A DNA stretch of 64,000 bases from an uncultured Rubrobacteraceae bacterium (GTDB lineage: Bacteria > Actinomycetota > Rubrobacteria > Rubrobacterales > Rubrobacteraceae). The notes below the pieces were generated by a model. The model was not told where the DNA came from and made no database searches. It saw only the letters and a list, made by a program, of their open reading frames with translations. The stretch is taken from assembly GCA_963811295.1 (NCBI GenBank), contig CAWEQZ010000053.1, forward strand, positions 9,751 through 73,750, read 5' to 3'. The position numbers were made by a program, and so were the translations under genes. Position 1 is the stretch's first letter. The number at the start of each line of letters is the position of its first letter. This document shows positions 30,901 through 41,522 of this stretch, in pieces.

Positions 30901-33744
30901 TTGGAGAGAGAGACAGAGCACCAGTTTTTCGGGCCGAACCTCGGCTACGTGTTGGAACTCTACGAGAACTACAGGGAGGACCCCGATTCCGTCGACGGAC
31001 AGATGCGGGAGTTTTTCGAGTCCTGGAGCCCGCCGCACGTGGGGACGCCCGGCGCTAACGGGCAGCAGGTCGCCCCTGAGGTCGACGTGGAGAAGGCCGT
31101 CGGGGCCTCCAAGCACGTGAGGCACATAAGGGACTTCGGGCATCGGGCTGCGAAGCTCGATCCTCTCGGGAGCGAGCCGCCGGGGGACCCGACGCTCGAT
31201 CCGACGTTCTACAGGATAACGAACAAGGATCTGGAGACCCTGCCTTCGCTCATCATCGGCGGACCCATCGCCGAGCGTACATCCAACGCCGCGGAGGCTG
31301 CCGAGGAGCTGCGCAGGATCTACTGCGACACCACGGGGTACGATTTCGGGCACGTCCACGACCCCGAGGAGAGGTTCTGGCTGCGCGAGTCTGTCGAGTC
31401 CGGCCGGTTCGAAAAGAGGATGGATGGAGAGAGTGCGAAGCGGCTTCTGGAGAGACTCACGAGGGTAGACGCCTTCGAGAAGTTCCTCCACAAAACGTTC
31501 CTCGGCCAGAAGCGGTTCTCTGTCGAGGGGAACGACATGGTCGTTCCGATGCTTAACAGGATCATCCGTTCCGCCGCCGACGTCGCCACGCCCGTGGTCA
31601 CCCTTGGCATGGCCCACAGGGGGAGGCTCAACGTCCTGGCGCACGTGATGGACAAGCCTTACTCCAAGATCTTCGGCGAGTTTCAGCAGCCCGAGAAGGG
31701 CGAGCAGTCCTCGGCCGCGAGCAGCCCCGGCGAAGCCTGGGTAGGGGACGTCAAGTACCACCTCGGCATCAGGGGTTTTCAGCTCAAACAGGAGGAGGCC
31801 GACGAGGAGGTCTTTATCCACCTCGCCCCGAACCCTAGCCACCTCGAGCATGTAAACCCCGTGGTCGAGGGGATGGCCCGCGCCTCCCAGGAAGAGCAAG
31901 ACGAGGCGGGCCCGCCGCAGCAGGATGTCGACGCGTCTCTGCCCATCCTGCTGCACGGGGATGCGGCGTTCCCCGGCGAGGGGGTCTCGGCGGAGACGCT
32001 GAACCTGAGCCGGCTGCCAGGCTACAGGACCGGCGGCACCATCCACATCATCACCAACAACCAGCTCGGTTTCACCACGGTGCGTCAGGACGCCCGCTCG
32101 ACGACCTACGCGAGCGACCTGGCCAAGGGGTTCGAGATCCCCGTGGTCCACGTCAACGCCGACGATCCCGAGGCATGCATGGCGGTGGCGAGGATGGCCT
32201 ACGCCTACCGCGAGAAGTTCAACAAGGACTTCATGATCGACCTCGTCGGCTACCGTCGATTTGGGCACAACGAGGGCGACGAGCCTGCCTATACGCAGCC
32301 GCTGATGTACGAGACCATCCGCGATCATCCCACGGTGCGTGAGATCTTTGCCGGAGAGCTCGAACGTCGCGGCGTCCTTGATGAGGGCGAGGCAGAGGCT
32401 ATGTTCGAGGAGATCCTGTCCGCCATGGCCGAGGTCCAAAAGAAGGCCACCGACGAACTCAAGGAAGAAGACTTCGCCACGGACGAGCTGTACACACCGC
32501 TCGTCGGAATCCCCGAGACCGCCGTCGCGGCCGAGAGGCTCTCTGAACTGAACGAGGCCCTACTCGAGGTCCCCGAAGGCTTCACGCCGAACTCCAAGCT
32601 CGAGCGCCTCTTCCAGAAAAACCGCGGAGATCTCGACACCATAGACTGGGCGCACGCGGAAGCCCTGGCCTTCGCCTCGCTGCTCGAAGACGGCACCCCC
32701 GTCCGCCTCACCGGGCAGGATACAGAGCGCGGTACCTTCTCCCAGCGCCACGCCGTGCTCTACAACGCCGAGACCGACGAGCGCTACGTCCCGCTCCAGA
32801 ACCTTCCCGGGTCAGGCGCTTCGTTCTCGATCTACAACAGCCCGCTCTCCGAGATCGCCGTGCTCGGCTTCGAGTACGGCTACTCGGTCAACTCCGAGGA
32901 CGCACTCGTCCTCTGGGAGGCGCAGTACGGGGACTTCGCCAACGTCGGGCAGCCCATGATCGACCAGTTCATCGTGAGCGGCCAGGCGAAGTGGGGCCAG
33001 ACCTCGGGACTCGTGCTGCTCCTGCCGCACGGCTACGAGGGCCAGGGCCCCGAGCACTCCAGCGCACGCCTGGAGCGTTACCTCCAGCTCGCCGCGCACG
33101 AGAACGTACGCATAGCGAACCTCACCACCGCGGCCCAGTACTTCCACCTGCTTCGCGCCCAGGCCGCGCTCAAGGACAACAAGCGTCCCCTCATCATCAT
33201 GACGCCCAAGAGCCTCCTCAGGAACCCTATGGCCGCCTCCGGCTTGGAGGACCTCTCGGAAGGCTCCTTCCAGCCCGTGCTCGACGACGAAGGTGCGCGC
33301 GAGAGGGCCGAATCCGTCGAGCGGCTCATCCTGTGCTCGGGCAAGATCTACACGGAGCTGGCAGGCAGCGAGTACCGCGAGGAGGCGGTGGACACGGCCA
33401 TAGTCCGCATAGAGCTCCTTTATCCCTTCCCCGAGGATAGGCTAAAAGCTGTGATCGACGGTTACCCTAACCTGCGCGAGGTCTTGTGGGTCCAGGAGGA
33501 GCCGAAGAACATGGGCGCCTGGACGTTCGTCGGGCCGCTGCTGCGTGAGATCTCACGCGGCGAGCTTCCCGTACTCTACGTCGGAAAGCCCCCGCGCCCA
33601 AGTCCCGCCCAGGGTTCGGCCAAGTTCCACAAGCAGGAGCACGCCGACATCGTAAGGTCGGCCTTCGAGAACGTCGGGCAGGACTTCGATGAAGTGCAGG
33701 CCGTGGAGGAGACGCAGGTCCGCGCCTCCGCCCCGAGCGAATGA
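30901..33744 (+). CDS. sucA: 2-oxoglutarate dehydrogenase E1
   Basis: KRFSVEG, GMAHRGRLN, GDVKYHLG, NPSHLE, HGDAAF, WEAQYGDF, GQGPEHSSAR; TTG start inferred. Confidence 0.96.
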   Translation: MERETEHQFFGPNLGYVLELYENYREDPDSVDGQMREFFESWSPPHVGTPGANGQQVAPEVDVEKAVGASKHVRHIRDFGHRAAKLDPLGSEPPGDPTLDPTFYRITNKDLETLPSLIIGGPIAERTSNAAEAAEELRRIYCDTTGYDFGHVHDPEERFWLRESVESGRFEKRMDGESAKRLLERLTRVDAFEKFLHKTFLGQKRFSVEGNDMVVPMLNRIIRSAADVATPVVTLGMAHRGRLNVLAHVMDKPYSKIFGEFQQPEKGEQSSAASSPGEAWVGDVKYHLGIRGFQLKQEEADEEVFIHLAPNPSHLEHVNPVVEGMARASQEEQDEAGPPQQDVDASLPILLHGDAAFPGEGVSAETLNLSRLPGYRTGGTIHIITNNQLGFTTVRQDARSTTYASDLAKGFEIPVVHVNADDPEACMAVARMAYAYREKFNKDFMIDLVGYRRFGHNEGDEPAYTQPLMYETIRDHPTVREIFAGELERRGVLDEGEAEAMFEEILSAMAEVQKKATDELKEEDFATDELYTPLVGIPETAVAAERLSELNEALLEVPEGFTPNSKLERLFQKNRGDLDTIDWAHAEALAFASLLEDGTPVRLTGQDTERGTFSQRHAVLYNAETDERYVPLQNLPGSGASFSIYNSPLSEIAVLGFEYGYSVNSEDALVLWEAQYGDFANVGQPMIDQFIVSGQAKWGQTSGLVLLLPHGYEGQGPEHSSARLERYLQLAAHENVRIANLTTAAQYFHLLRAQAALKDNKRPLIIMTPKSLLRNPMAASGLEDLSEGSFQPVLDDEGARERAESVERLILCSGKIYTELAGSEYREEAVDTAIVRIELLYPFPEDRLKAVIDGYPNLREVLWVQEEPKNMGAWTFVGPLLREISRGELPVLYVGKPPRPSPAQGSAKFHKQEHADIVRSAFENVGQDFDEVQAVEETQVRASAPSE

Positions 33745-33759
33745 GAGGAAGAGTGAGCA

Positions 33760-35034
33760 GTGGCTGCTGAGATACACGTTCCCGAGCTTGGGGAGTCGGT
33801 CGCCGACGCTACGGTCGGGCGCTGGCTCAAGCAAGAGGGTGAGGCCGTAAAGTCGGGCGATCCGCTCGTCGAGCTCGAAACGGATAAGATCAACTTCGAG
33901 GTCGAGGCCGAGCAGGACGGCGTCCTTGAATCTATCTCCAAAGACGAGGGCGAGACCGTCAACGTCGGCGAGGTCATAGGCACCATCGGCGGCGCCGCTC
34001 CCGAGCAACAAGCCGAGGAAGAACAAGAAGTGCAGCCACAGGCCGAAGAAGAACAGGAGGAGCGGCCGCAGGCCGAGGCCGAAGAGCAGGATGGACACAG
34101 GGAAGTCGAGGACGGCGCCGGCCGCGCCTCCCCTTCGGTTAGAAAGCTGGCCCAGGAGTATGAAGTCGACATTGCCGAGGTCACCGGCAGCGGTTCCGGC
34201 GGACGCATCACCCGCGACGATGTGGAGCGTCTGATCCGGGAACAATCCCGGCCCGCTGCCCCCGAGCGGACCGAGGAACCCGAGCGGGACGGCGAAGCGC
34301 AGCCGGCGCCTGCCGCTTCGGTGGATGGCAGGGCGGCGTTGGAGGAGCGGGTGCGCGTCTCCCGCAGGCGCCAGACCATCGCCCAGAGGCTGGTCGAGTC
34401 GCAGCAGACGGCGGCGATGCTCACGACCTTCAACGAGGTCGACATGAGCGCGGTCATGGAGCTGAGGAAGCGCCGCAAGGAGTCCTTCCAGGAGCGGACG
34501 GGTGCGCGACTCGGCTTCATGAGCTTCTTTGCCAAGGCCGCCATCGGGGCGCTGAAGGCCTTCCCCAAGGTCAACGCCGAGCTGCAGGGGAGCGAGCTCC
34601 TCCTAAAGAAGTACTACGATATCGGCGTAGCCGTCTCCACAGACGAGGGACTCGTCGTACCCGTCATCCGCGACGCGGACCACAAGAGCTTCGCCCAGAT
34701 CGAACAGGGCATAGCAGACCTGGCCACCAAGGCCCGCGAGGGCAAGCTGACCCTTGAAGACCTGCGCGGCGGTACGTTCACCATAACCAACGGTGGCATC
34801 TTCGGCTCGCTGGTCTCTACGCCCATCCTTACCATGCCCCAGGTGGCGATACTGGGGATGCACAAGATCCAGGAGCGCCCCGTCGCCATAGAAGGCGAGG
34901 TCGTAGTCCGTCCCATGATGTACCTCGCGCTCTCCTACGACCACCGCGTCATAGACGGCGCCGAGGCAGTCAGCTTCCTGGTCCGCATCAAAGAACTGGT
35001 CGAAGACCCCGAGTCGCTGCTGCTGGAAGGCTAG
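33760..35034 (+). CDS. sucB: Dihydrolipoamide succinyltransferase (E2o)
   Basis: Lipoyl ETDK, E3-binding [27 protein letters not shown]. Confidence 0.96.
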   Translation: MAAEIHVPELGESVADATVGRWLKQEGEAVKSGDPLVELETDKINFEVEAEQDGVLESISKDEGETVNVGEVIGTIGGAAPEQQAEEEQEVQPQAEEEQEERPQAEAEEQDGHREVEDGAGRASPSVRKLAQEYEVDIAEVTGSGSGGRITRDDVERLIREQSRPAAPERTEEPERDGEAQPAPAASVDGRAALEERVRVSRRRQTIAQRLVESQQTAAMLTTFNEVDMSAVMELRKRRKESFQERTGARLGFMSFFAKAAIGALKAFPKVNAELQGSELLLKKYYDIGVAVSTDEGLVVPVIRDADHKSFAQIEQGIADLATKAREGKLTLEDLRGGTFTITNGGIFGSLVSTPILTMPQVAILGMHKIQERPVAIEGEVVVRPMMYLALSYDHRVIDGAEAVSFLVRIKELVEDPESLLLEG

Positions 35035-35044
35035 GCACACAGTC

Positions 35045-35068
35045 AGGGGCTTTCATTTGGGAGCCCCT
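35045..35068. terminator. Hairpin terminator between convergent sucB and vapC
   Basis: aggggct...agcccct. Confidence 0.55.
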
Positions 35069-35072
35069 TCGT

Positions 35073-35471
35073 CTACCCGTAGACCTCGACCGCGGCGCGG
35101 ATGCCAGAGGCCTGCGCAAGTCCGGCATCCATCGTGATCAGCGGTGCGTCCAAGGCTTCGGCGAGGGCGACATAGGCCGCGTCGTAGGCTGTCAGATTCT
35201 CCTTCAGCTCCCAGATCCTCCCTATCAAAGGCGTGTGCGGGTAGCGCGCGAACGATATGTTCCCCAAGTCGGTAATTGCCTCAGTGCTCCTTTCCCGGGA
35301 GAGAGTGCCGAGCAAAGCCTGCCTGCGTAGCGCACGCAGTACCTCCAGTTCCATGACATGAGGGACGTGGAGGCTCTCGTCAGGAGCCTCTATCTTCTCC
35401 CGGATGCGCTCGGCTCCCAGCCCCGACCCCACGAGTATGGCTACCACCGCCGAGGCGTCGAGGACTATCAA
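35073..35471 (-). CDS. VapC/PIN-domain toxin
   Basis: MIVLDASA, ELEV, NLTAYDAAYVALAE, LITMD. Confidence 0.92.
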   Translation of the reverse strand: MIVLDASAVVAILVGSGLGAERIREKIEAPDESLHVPHVMELEVLRALRRQALLGTLSRERSTEAITDLGNISFARYPHTPLIGRIWELKENLTAYDAAYVALAEALDAPLITMDAGLAQASGIRAAVEVYG

Positions 35472-35477
35472 AGTCCG

Positions 35478-35726
35478 CTAGTCGACTTCGCGAGGATCGT
35501 CAGCATCCCTGAACCGGCGTATCGTGACGTCCGGCGGCTCGTCAAGCTCGACCGGTTCCCGGCTGCGTAGCCGCTCCATCATCTCGGCGAGGGTCGGCTT
35601 CTCGGCCACCCGCTCTATCTCCGAAAGCAGGTAGTCCGAGAGCGTCATGCCAGCCTGCGCCGCCCTTACCTTCAGCGTGCGGTGCAAGGCGTCGGGGACG
35701 TTTCTTATCTGTATCATCTTTGACAT
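35478..35726 (-). CDS. FitA/VapB-like ribbon-helix-helix antitoxin
   Basis: IQIRNVPDALHRTLKVRAAQAGMTLSDYL immediately upstream of the PIN toxin. Confidence 0.88.
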   Translation of the reverse strand: MSKMIQIRNVPDALHRTLKVRAAQAGMTLSDYLLSEIERVAEKPTLAEMMERLRSREPVELDEPPDVTIRRFRDADDPREVD

Positions 35727-35819
35727 GCGATAGAGAGTAACACATGTGCTGCGCATGTACGCAATCTTTCGCTGTCAGGCGGCTACAATACACTGTGGAA
35801 GGGCAACTACCGCAGGAGG

Positions 35820-36323
35820 ATGAACATGGATCTTCGGTCGGTGCAGAGGCCACTCAAGAAAAAGTACCGTAATGAGCCGGGATCTTCCCGTATAACGCTC
35901 GAAGCCAAAGCGAGTCAGCAGGACACCCCGATCTCGTGCTCCGTGGATGTAGGACGGGCGATCTACGAAGCCGAAGCCCACGCCGGGGTCGGGGGAACGG
36001 GCGAGGCGGCCTGCTCCGGAGACCTTCTGCTGGGAGCGTTAGCGGCCTGTGCCCAGGTAACCTGCCAGATGGTCGCGGAGGCTATGGGGATAGAGGCGGA
36101 AAGCATCGAGGTAACCGTAACAGGGGAGATGGACCTCGCAGGCACGCTCGGAGTCTCCGAGGACGTCCCTGTTGGCTTCGAGACCATCCGCACCACCTTC
36201 GACATCGTGGCGCCCGAGGCTACCGAAGAACAGTTGGAGGACCTGCGCCAGAAAACGGAGCAGTACTGCGTCGTCTTCCAGACGCTGGCCGACTCGCCGG
36301 ACCTCCAGACGGAGTGGGCCTAA
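35820..36323 (+). CDS. OsmC-family protein
   Basis: SGDLLLGALAAC and EQYCVVFQTL two-Cys motifs. Confidence 0.88.
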   Translation: MNMDLRSVQRPLKKKYRNEPGSSRITLEAKASQQDTPISCSVDVGRAIYEAEAHAGVGGTGEAACSGDLLLGALAACAQVTCQMVAEAMGIEAESIEVTVTGEMDLAGTLGVSEDVPVGFETIRTTFDIVAPEATEEQLEDLRQKTEQYCVVFQTLADSPDLQTEWA

Positions 36324-36377
36324 AGACCAGCACCACCAGCCTTTTCTGACGGGTAGTCCACAGTGTCGCTCCCCGGC

Positions 36378-36500
36378 TCACCCTCTCGGCTCCAACAACA
36401 GGTTGATGCCCCGGAGGACCTCCCGAATCTTATCGCTTGAGAGCGTACCTATCCTCTCTCGTAGCTGACTCTTGTCTATTGTGACGGGTTTGGACACCAT
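36378..36500 (-). pseudogene. MazF/PemK toxin C-terminal remnant
   Basis: Manual translation VSKPVTIDKSQLRERIGTLSSDKIREVLRGINLLLEPRG*; N-terminal catalytic half absent. Confidence 0.75.
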
Positions 36501-36597
36501 CTGTTCGAATCACTGTCCTGTAACCCACACCAGGCGTTAAAGTATGGGTGGAAGATCGAACTCGGATAAGGATCGGTATTGATAGAGTCGGAGATCG

Positions 36598-37539
36598 ATG
36601 AATAACAATAGTCTCGTGGAACGATTGCTCTCGGGGGACCGGCGAGCGCTGGCGCGGGTGATCTCGAAGATAGAGCGCGAAGACCAGGAGACGGCCGGGA
36701 TAATAGCAGATATCTACCCCGAGACCGGCGATGCTCTGACCGTAGGCTTCACCGGGCCGCCCGGCGTCGGAAAGAGCAGCGTCATCGCGAAGCTCATAGA
36801 GCTCTACAGGCAGGAAGACAGGCGGGTCGGGGTGGTCTCTGTCGACCCTTCGAGTCCCTTTTCGAAGGGTGCCATCCTTGGTGACCGCATAAGGTTAACG
36901 GATCACTTCCTCGACTCCGGAGTGTTCATCCGCTCGATGGGTAGCCGCGGGCACCTTGGCGGGCTCGCCGGCGGCTCGAGACTCGCCGCCATTGCGATGG
37001 AGGCTTGTGGCTACGACGTGATCCTCTACGAGACCGTCGGGGTAGGGCAGGGTGAAGTCGAGGTCGCCTCGGCTGCGGACACGGTGGTGCTTTGCCTGCA
37101 GCCGGGAACGGGGGATTCGGTGCAGGCGCTCAAGGCCGGGGTCATGGAGATCGCGGACGTCTTCTGCATCAACAAGGCGGACAACCCTCAGGCGAAGAAC
37201 GCCGCCTCAGAGGTGCGTTCCATACTGGAGATCGGACACGAGCTCGACCCCGACCCGTGGTTTCCGCCCATCGTGATGACCCGCGGCGATACGGGCGAAG
37301 GCGTCCAGGAACTCAAAGACACCATAGCGAAGCACCGTCAGTTCCTCGAACAGGACGGCAGGCTCGGCAATAGGCGGCGGGCCGCCCTTAGAGACTTCGT
37401 CATCTCGTGGGCCACAAACCGCCTGGAGAAAGAGATGCACGAGCGCCTTGCCCGCGAGGACACGGAGCTCGTGGAGAAGGTCTACAACAGGGAGCTCGAC
37501 CCCATATCGGCCTCAGAGCGTATCTTCGAGGATGTCTAG
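36598..37539 (+). CDS. meaB: Acyl-CoA mutase-associated GTPase MeaB/ArgK
   Basis: TGPPGVGKS, VDPSSPFSKGAILGDRIR, ETVGVGQ, NKAD. Confidence 0.94.
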   Translation: MNNNSLVERLLSGDRRALARVISKIEREDQETAGIIADIYPETGDALTVGFTGPPGVGKSSVIAKLIELYRQEDRRVGVVSVDPSSPFSKGAILGDRIRLTDHFLDSGVFIRSMGSRGHLGGLAGGSRLAAIAMEACGYDVILYETVGVGQGEVEVASAADTVVLCLQPGTGDSVQALKAGVMEIADVFCINKADNPQAKNAASEVRSILEIGHELDPDPWFPPIVMTRGDTGEGVQELKDTIAKHRQFLEQDGRLGNRRRAALRDFVISWATNRLEKEMHERLAREDTELVEKVYNRELDPISASERIFEDV

Positions 37540-37544
37540 CGCCC

Positions 37545-38033
37545 CTACGAGTTGGCCTCGATCAGCCGCTCGACGACTACGACGTCGCGCCACACTCCGT
37601 CGAGCCTGGCGTGTTTCACGTGGACTCCCACCTCCCGGAAACCTAAAGAGAGCAGTAGCTTCCGACTAAGCTCGTTCTCCACGAAGACACGCGCGAGGAG
37701 TTTCCAGAAGCCGGCCTCCTCCGCCGCTTGGATGAGGGCCTTCATCGCCAGCGTGCCTGCTCCACGGCTCCTTGCCTCGCTGGCTGTGTATACGGAGAAC
37801 TCGGCCACGCCGGAGTAGCATGCGCGAGGGCTGTAGGCCGTGGTGTTGGCGAAGGAAATCACCCGCCCTTCTTCCTCCACCACCACGATAGGATGAGTCC
37901 CATCGAACCAGGCCATTATCTCCGGTGCCGTACGCAGTCTGGTCTCGAACGTCGCGATGCGCTCCTCTATGCCCTCGTTGTAGATGCGGACTATGGCCTC
38001 CGCGTCTTCCGGATTGGCTGCTCTGGACTGCAC
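37545..38033 (-). CDS. GNAT N-acetyltransferase (phosphinothricin/arsinothricin ArsN1-like)
   Basis: IYNEGIEERIATFET, YSPRACYSGVAEFSVY, GVWRDVVVVE. Confidence 0.85.
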   Translation of the reverse strand: MQSRAANPEDAEAIVRIYNEGIEERIATFETRLRTAPEIMAWFDGTHPIVVVEEEGRVISFANTTAYSPRACYSGVAEFSVYTASEARSRGAGTLAMKALIQAAEEAGFWKLLARVFVENELSRKLLLSLGFREVGVHVKHARLDGVWRDVVVVERLIEANS

Positions 38034-38068
38034 GAGCGTATCCTCACCTCGGTTCTCTCAGATAGCCC

Positions 38069-38428
38069 CTACTGCGTGAGTTCCACCACCACAGGCAGCG
38101 ACCTGCGGCGCCAGTTCTCCAGGCGGCCCGGACTGCTCTCGTACTTCTCGACCAGCAACCGGCGCGCCAGCTCGTCCTCTTCCGCGTCTTTGGTCTCGCT
38201 GGCCAGCCCGGCGAAACGTCTGTCCGCAATACGCACCGTGACCTTCGGGTTTCGACGGAGGTTCTTCACCCAGTCCGAACGGTCGCCTCCTCCCGAGAGC
38301 ATGTAGAGAGTGCGCGTTTCCGGCGCGAGGGCGAACCAGATCTCGATCTCGTGCGGGTGGCCTGTTATCCTCCCCGTCGTCGTCAGGTAGCAGAAGTCCT
38401 CGCCAGCGAGCGCACGCAGGTCAATCAC
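38069..38428 (-). CDS. Nitroreductase/deazaflavin-dependent oxidoreductase family protein
   Basis: LTTTGRITG, SDWVKNLRRNPKV. Confidence 0.8.
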   Translation of the reverse strand: MIDLRALAGEDFCYLTTTGRITGHPHEIEIWFALAPETRTLYMLSGGGDRSDWVKNLRRNPKVTVRIADRRFAGLASETKDAEEDELARRLLVEKYESSPGRLENWRRRSLPVVVELTQ

Positions 38429-38429
38429 G

Positions 38430-38516
38430 GGTATCAGGTTTCAGGCTTCAGGTCTGCATGGTAGGCAGTGTCTCGAGAAACCTTTCCCTGAAATCTGATA
38501 CCCGAAACCTGATACC
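38430..38516. repeat. 7-nt TCAGG/CCTGA inverted tandem-repeat element
   Basis: ggtatca-ggtttca-ggcttca-gg ... cctgaaa-tctgata-cccgaaa-cctgata-cc. Confidence 0.8.
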
Positions 38517-38517
38517 T

Positions 38518-40110
38518 TCATTGCACTCGTAGCTCGACGCGACGGATCTTACCGCTCGTGGTCTTGGGTAGTTCGTCGATGAACTCTATACTGCGCGGAT
38601 ACTTGTACGGGGCCGTGTTCGCCTTGCAGTAGTCCTGTATCTCCTCCGCCAGATCATCCGACGGCTGGTAGTCCTCGCCAACGACTACAAACGCCTTGAC
38701 TATGCTTCCCCTGTCTTCATCGGGCAGAGGTACGACGGCGCTCTCGACGACCGCGGGATGCTCGATAAGGATGCTCTCCACCTCGAAGGGCCCGATACGG
38801 TAACCGGCGGAGAGGATCACGTCGTCCGAACGGCCCACGAACCAGAGGTAGCCATCCGCGTCCCTGTAAGCCCTGTCGCCGGTCAGGTAGTCGCCGTCAC
38901 GAAAGACCGACTCGGTCGCGTCTGGCTGCTCCCAATACTCTTTCAACAGCGCGGGTATGCGTCCCAAGAGGGCGATGTCGCCAGGCTCGTCAGGCCGGCA
39001 CTCGTTACCTTCGGGGTCGACGATCTTCACGTCGCAGCCAGGGGACGGTTTGCCCATCGAGCCCGGTCGTAAGTCGAGGCCGGGATAGTTGCCGACGAGC
39101 AGTGTGTTCTCGGTCTGCCCGTAACCGTCATAGATTGTCAGGCCGTGAAGCTCTTTCCAGCGCTCGATGACGGGCGGGTTGAGCGGTTCTCCGGCGGAGA
39201 CGGAGTGGCGAATGGAGGCGAGGTTCGCGCGTTCCAGTTCCGGAGTCTTGGCGAGGAGCCGGTACTCGGTCGGGGCCTGGCATAGGACAGAGATGTCGTA
39301 GAGTTCTATCAGCTCCAGGCGTTCGGCAGGGTCGAAACCGCCCTCGTGGAAGAAGATCTCCGTCCCCTGGCTCCACGGTCCGAGGAAGATGTTCCAGATG
39401 CTCTTGGCCCAGCCCGTCCCCGAGGTGCACCACAGCCTGTCGCCCTCCCTGAGGTCGAGCCAGTACCTGGCCTGCATCCACGCGGCATGCGTGTAGCCGT
39501 GGGTGTGCAGGGCGCCTTTGGGATTCTTCGTCGTCCCCGAGGTGTAGAGGATAAAAGCGCCCTCATCAGCCGCTGTGTCCTCGGCCGTGAAGTCCTCAGA
39601 GGCCCCTTCCATCAACGCCTCGTAGGACTCCCAACCGTCGCGCTCTTCGCCCAGAGAGATGAAGTGTTCCAGACCTGGAACGTCTGCGCGCATCTTCTCG
39701 ACTTCTTCGATGCCTTCGGGGCTCGAGATCATGGCCACAGAGCCGGAGTGCTCAGCCCTGAACTTCAGGTCGCCGGCCCTGAGCTGCGGGGCGCAGGGGA
39801 TGGCAATAGCCCCCAGCTTCAAGAGGCCCGTCAGGATTACGTGCCACTCAGGTATCTTGCCGAGTAGGACCATCACCCTGTCGCCGCGTCCCACGCCCAA
39901 CGCTCTCGCCGCGTTGGCGAACCTGTTCGAGAGAACGGAAAACTGGGCGAAGTCGAGGCGGCGTTCCTCGCCGCTCGTTCCGAGCCAGACCATGGCCGGC
40001 CTGTCCTGCGCGGCCCACCGGTCGACCACATCACGCCCGAAGTTGAACCTCTCCGGCGTCTTCCAGTCGAAGTCTGCGTAAGTCTTCTCGTAGTCCCCTA
40101 TATTCGCCAA
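38518..40110 (-). CDS. Short/medium-chain acyl-CoA synthetase (AMP-forming)
   Basis: YTSGTTKNPKG, YGQTE, GRSDD, PKTTSGKIRR. Confidence 0.93.
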   Translation of the reverse strand: MANIGDYEKTYADFDWKTPERFNFGRDVVDRWAAQDRPAMVWLGTSGEERRLDFAQFSVLSNRFANAARALGVGRGDRVMVLLGKIPEWHVILTGLLKLGAIAIPCAPQLRAGDLKFRAEHSGSVAMISSPEGIEEVEKMRADVPGLEHFISLGEERDGWESYEALMEGASEDFTAEDTAADEGAFILYTSGTTKNPKGALHTHGYTHAAWMQARYWLDLREGDRLWCTSGTGWAKSIWNIFLGPWSQGTEIFFHEGGFDPAERLELIELYDISVLCQAPTEYRLLAKTPELERANLASIRHSVSAGEPLNPPVIERWKELHGLTIYDGYGQTENTLLVGNYPGLDLRPGSMGKPSPGCDVKIVDPEGNECRPDEPGDIALLGRIPALLKEYWEQPDATESVFRDGDYLTGDRAYRDADGYLWFVGRSDDVILSAGYRIGPFEVESILIEHPAVVESAVVPLPDEDRGSIVKAFVVVGEDYQPSDDLAEEIQDYCKANTAPYKYPRSIEFIDELPKTTSGKIRRVELRVQ

Positions 40111-40192
40111 GGTCCCTCACCTTTCCCCAAAGGTCGCTTTACGGAACCGCATTGTACTAAAGCGATTCGCAAGGGTAATGACCTACTGCGAA

Positions 40193-41512
40193 TCATTCAT
40201 CATGCTTCCAATCATCTGCAACCGCTGACTCCGCGGCGGTGCTGCCGAAGACGAGTGCCGAGGCCAGGCCGCTCGTGTACCCGCCGGCGGAGACCCCGCC
40301 GACCTCGACCCCCGCGGCGTAGAGGCCCGGGATGGGACTTTCGTCCGTTCCGCGCAGTACCCTACAGCCTGGGTCAACGGCGAGCCCGCCGACCGTGTGC
40401 GTTATGGATGGCGCAACCTTTACGGCCACAAAGGGAGGAACGCGCAAGGGCCAGGCCTGTCCACTCCTCGGGGGGGAGAGACCACCACCCGCGGCGACGG
40501 CGGCGTTGTACTCTTCCAGGGTGCGGAGGAAGGTTTCGCGGGGCGCCCCACATTCAGCGAGCCCATCCGCAAGCTCCGTGAGGCTCGCAGCCTCGATGAC
40601 GGTTCCGCCCGTGATCCTCGCTGTCTCGACCATCTCTCTCGCGGTCCGCTCGCGCACGCGGCCTTCGAGCCCACTGGCGTCGAGGACATACCAGGCGTAG
40701 AGTCCTGGCTGGTGTGCCGTGGCCTGTGTCAGGGCCGTCTCAGACCAATCCGCGCCCTCGTCGGCGTAGCGTTCGCCGCCGGCGTTGACGGCCACGGCGT
40801 AGCGGCCGTAGAGTTGGGAGACCTCCACGAACCGTTCGGGAGGAAAATCTGCCGGGGGAGCGGGCAGGTTACGGCCGTAGAACTCATCGAGTCCGGCGCT
40901 CGCGAGAGCGCCCTTCCGCAGCGCTGCCCGAAAACCGTCGCCCGTACTCCTCGGATGCGCCCGCACCCGCATCCTTCCGGGTCCCCCGATTATGTGGCGC
41001 CCTACCAGCTCGGGGTCGCCGGCGAAGCCGCCAGAGGCAAGGATCACGGCGTCGCCTTCATACTCCCTCTTGGACCGGTCCAGCACACCGGTTACGCGTC
41101 CCGCCGTGTCCTCCAGCAGCGCCTCCAACGCGGTGCCTGCGATTATCTCGCCTCTTGAGGCCCCTATGCGATCAACGAGTGCCGAGACCGTCCGTTCAGG
41201 GTCCAAGCGGGCGCCGAACGTTAGGGGATTGCCTGTCTCGCGCGCGAGGAGCGCGCCTCCTCTATGCTCCAGCCAGGCCAGGTCGGACTCGAGGCGCTCG
41301 AGTATGAGCCTCTGCAGGGCGATGTCTCCGCCGGGCGCCTCCCTGCGGTATGTCGGCAGGTCCACATACGACCAGATATAGCCGCTAGAGTACACGAAGG
41401 ATCCGCCGAGGCTTTCACCCTTCTCCAGCAAGGTTATCTGCGCCCCGAGTTCCGTCGCTCTCAGGGCGGCTGTCAGACCGGCTAGCCCGCCGCCGGCGAT
41501 GACGACGCGCAC
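40193..41512 (-). CDS. FAD-dependent oxidoreductase (FAD_binding_2/flavocytochrome c-like)
   Basis: GGGLAG, LASGGF, STGDG, THTVGGL, PGLYAAG. Confidence 0.85.
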   Translation of the reverse strand: MRVVIAGGGLAGLTAALRATELGAQITLLEKGESLGGSFVYSSGYIWSYVDLPTYRREAPGGDIALQRLILERLESDLAWLEHRGGALLARETGNPLTFGARLDPERTVSALVDRIGASRGEIIAGTALEALLEDTAGRVTGVLDRSKREYEGDAVILASGGFAGDPELVGRHIIGGPGRMRVRAHPRSTGDGFRAALRKGALASAGLDEFYGRNLPAPPADFPPERFVEVSQLYGRYAVAVNAGGERYADEGADWSETALTQATAHQPGLYAWYVLDASGLEGRVRERTAREMVETARITGGTVIEAASLTELADGLAECGAPRETFLRTLEEYNAAVAAGGGLSPPRSGQAWPLRVPPFVAVKVAPSITHTVGGLAVDPGCRVLRGTDESPIPGLYAAGVEVGGVSAGGYTSGLASALVFGSTAAESAVADDWKHDE

Positions 41513-41522
41513 CGGTGCTACC

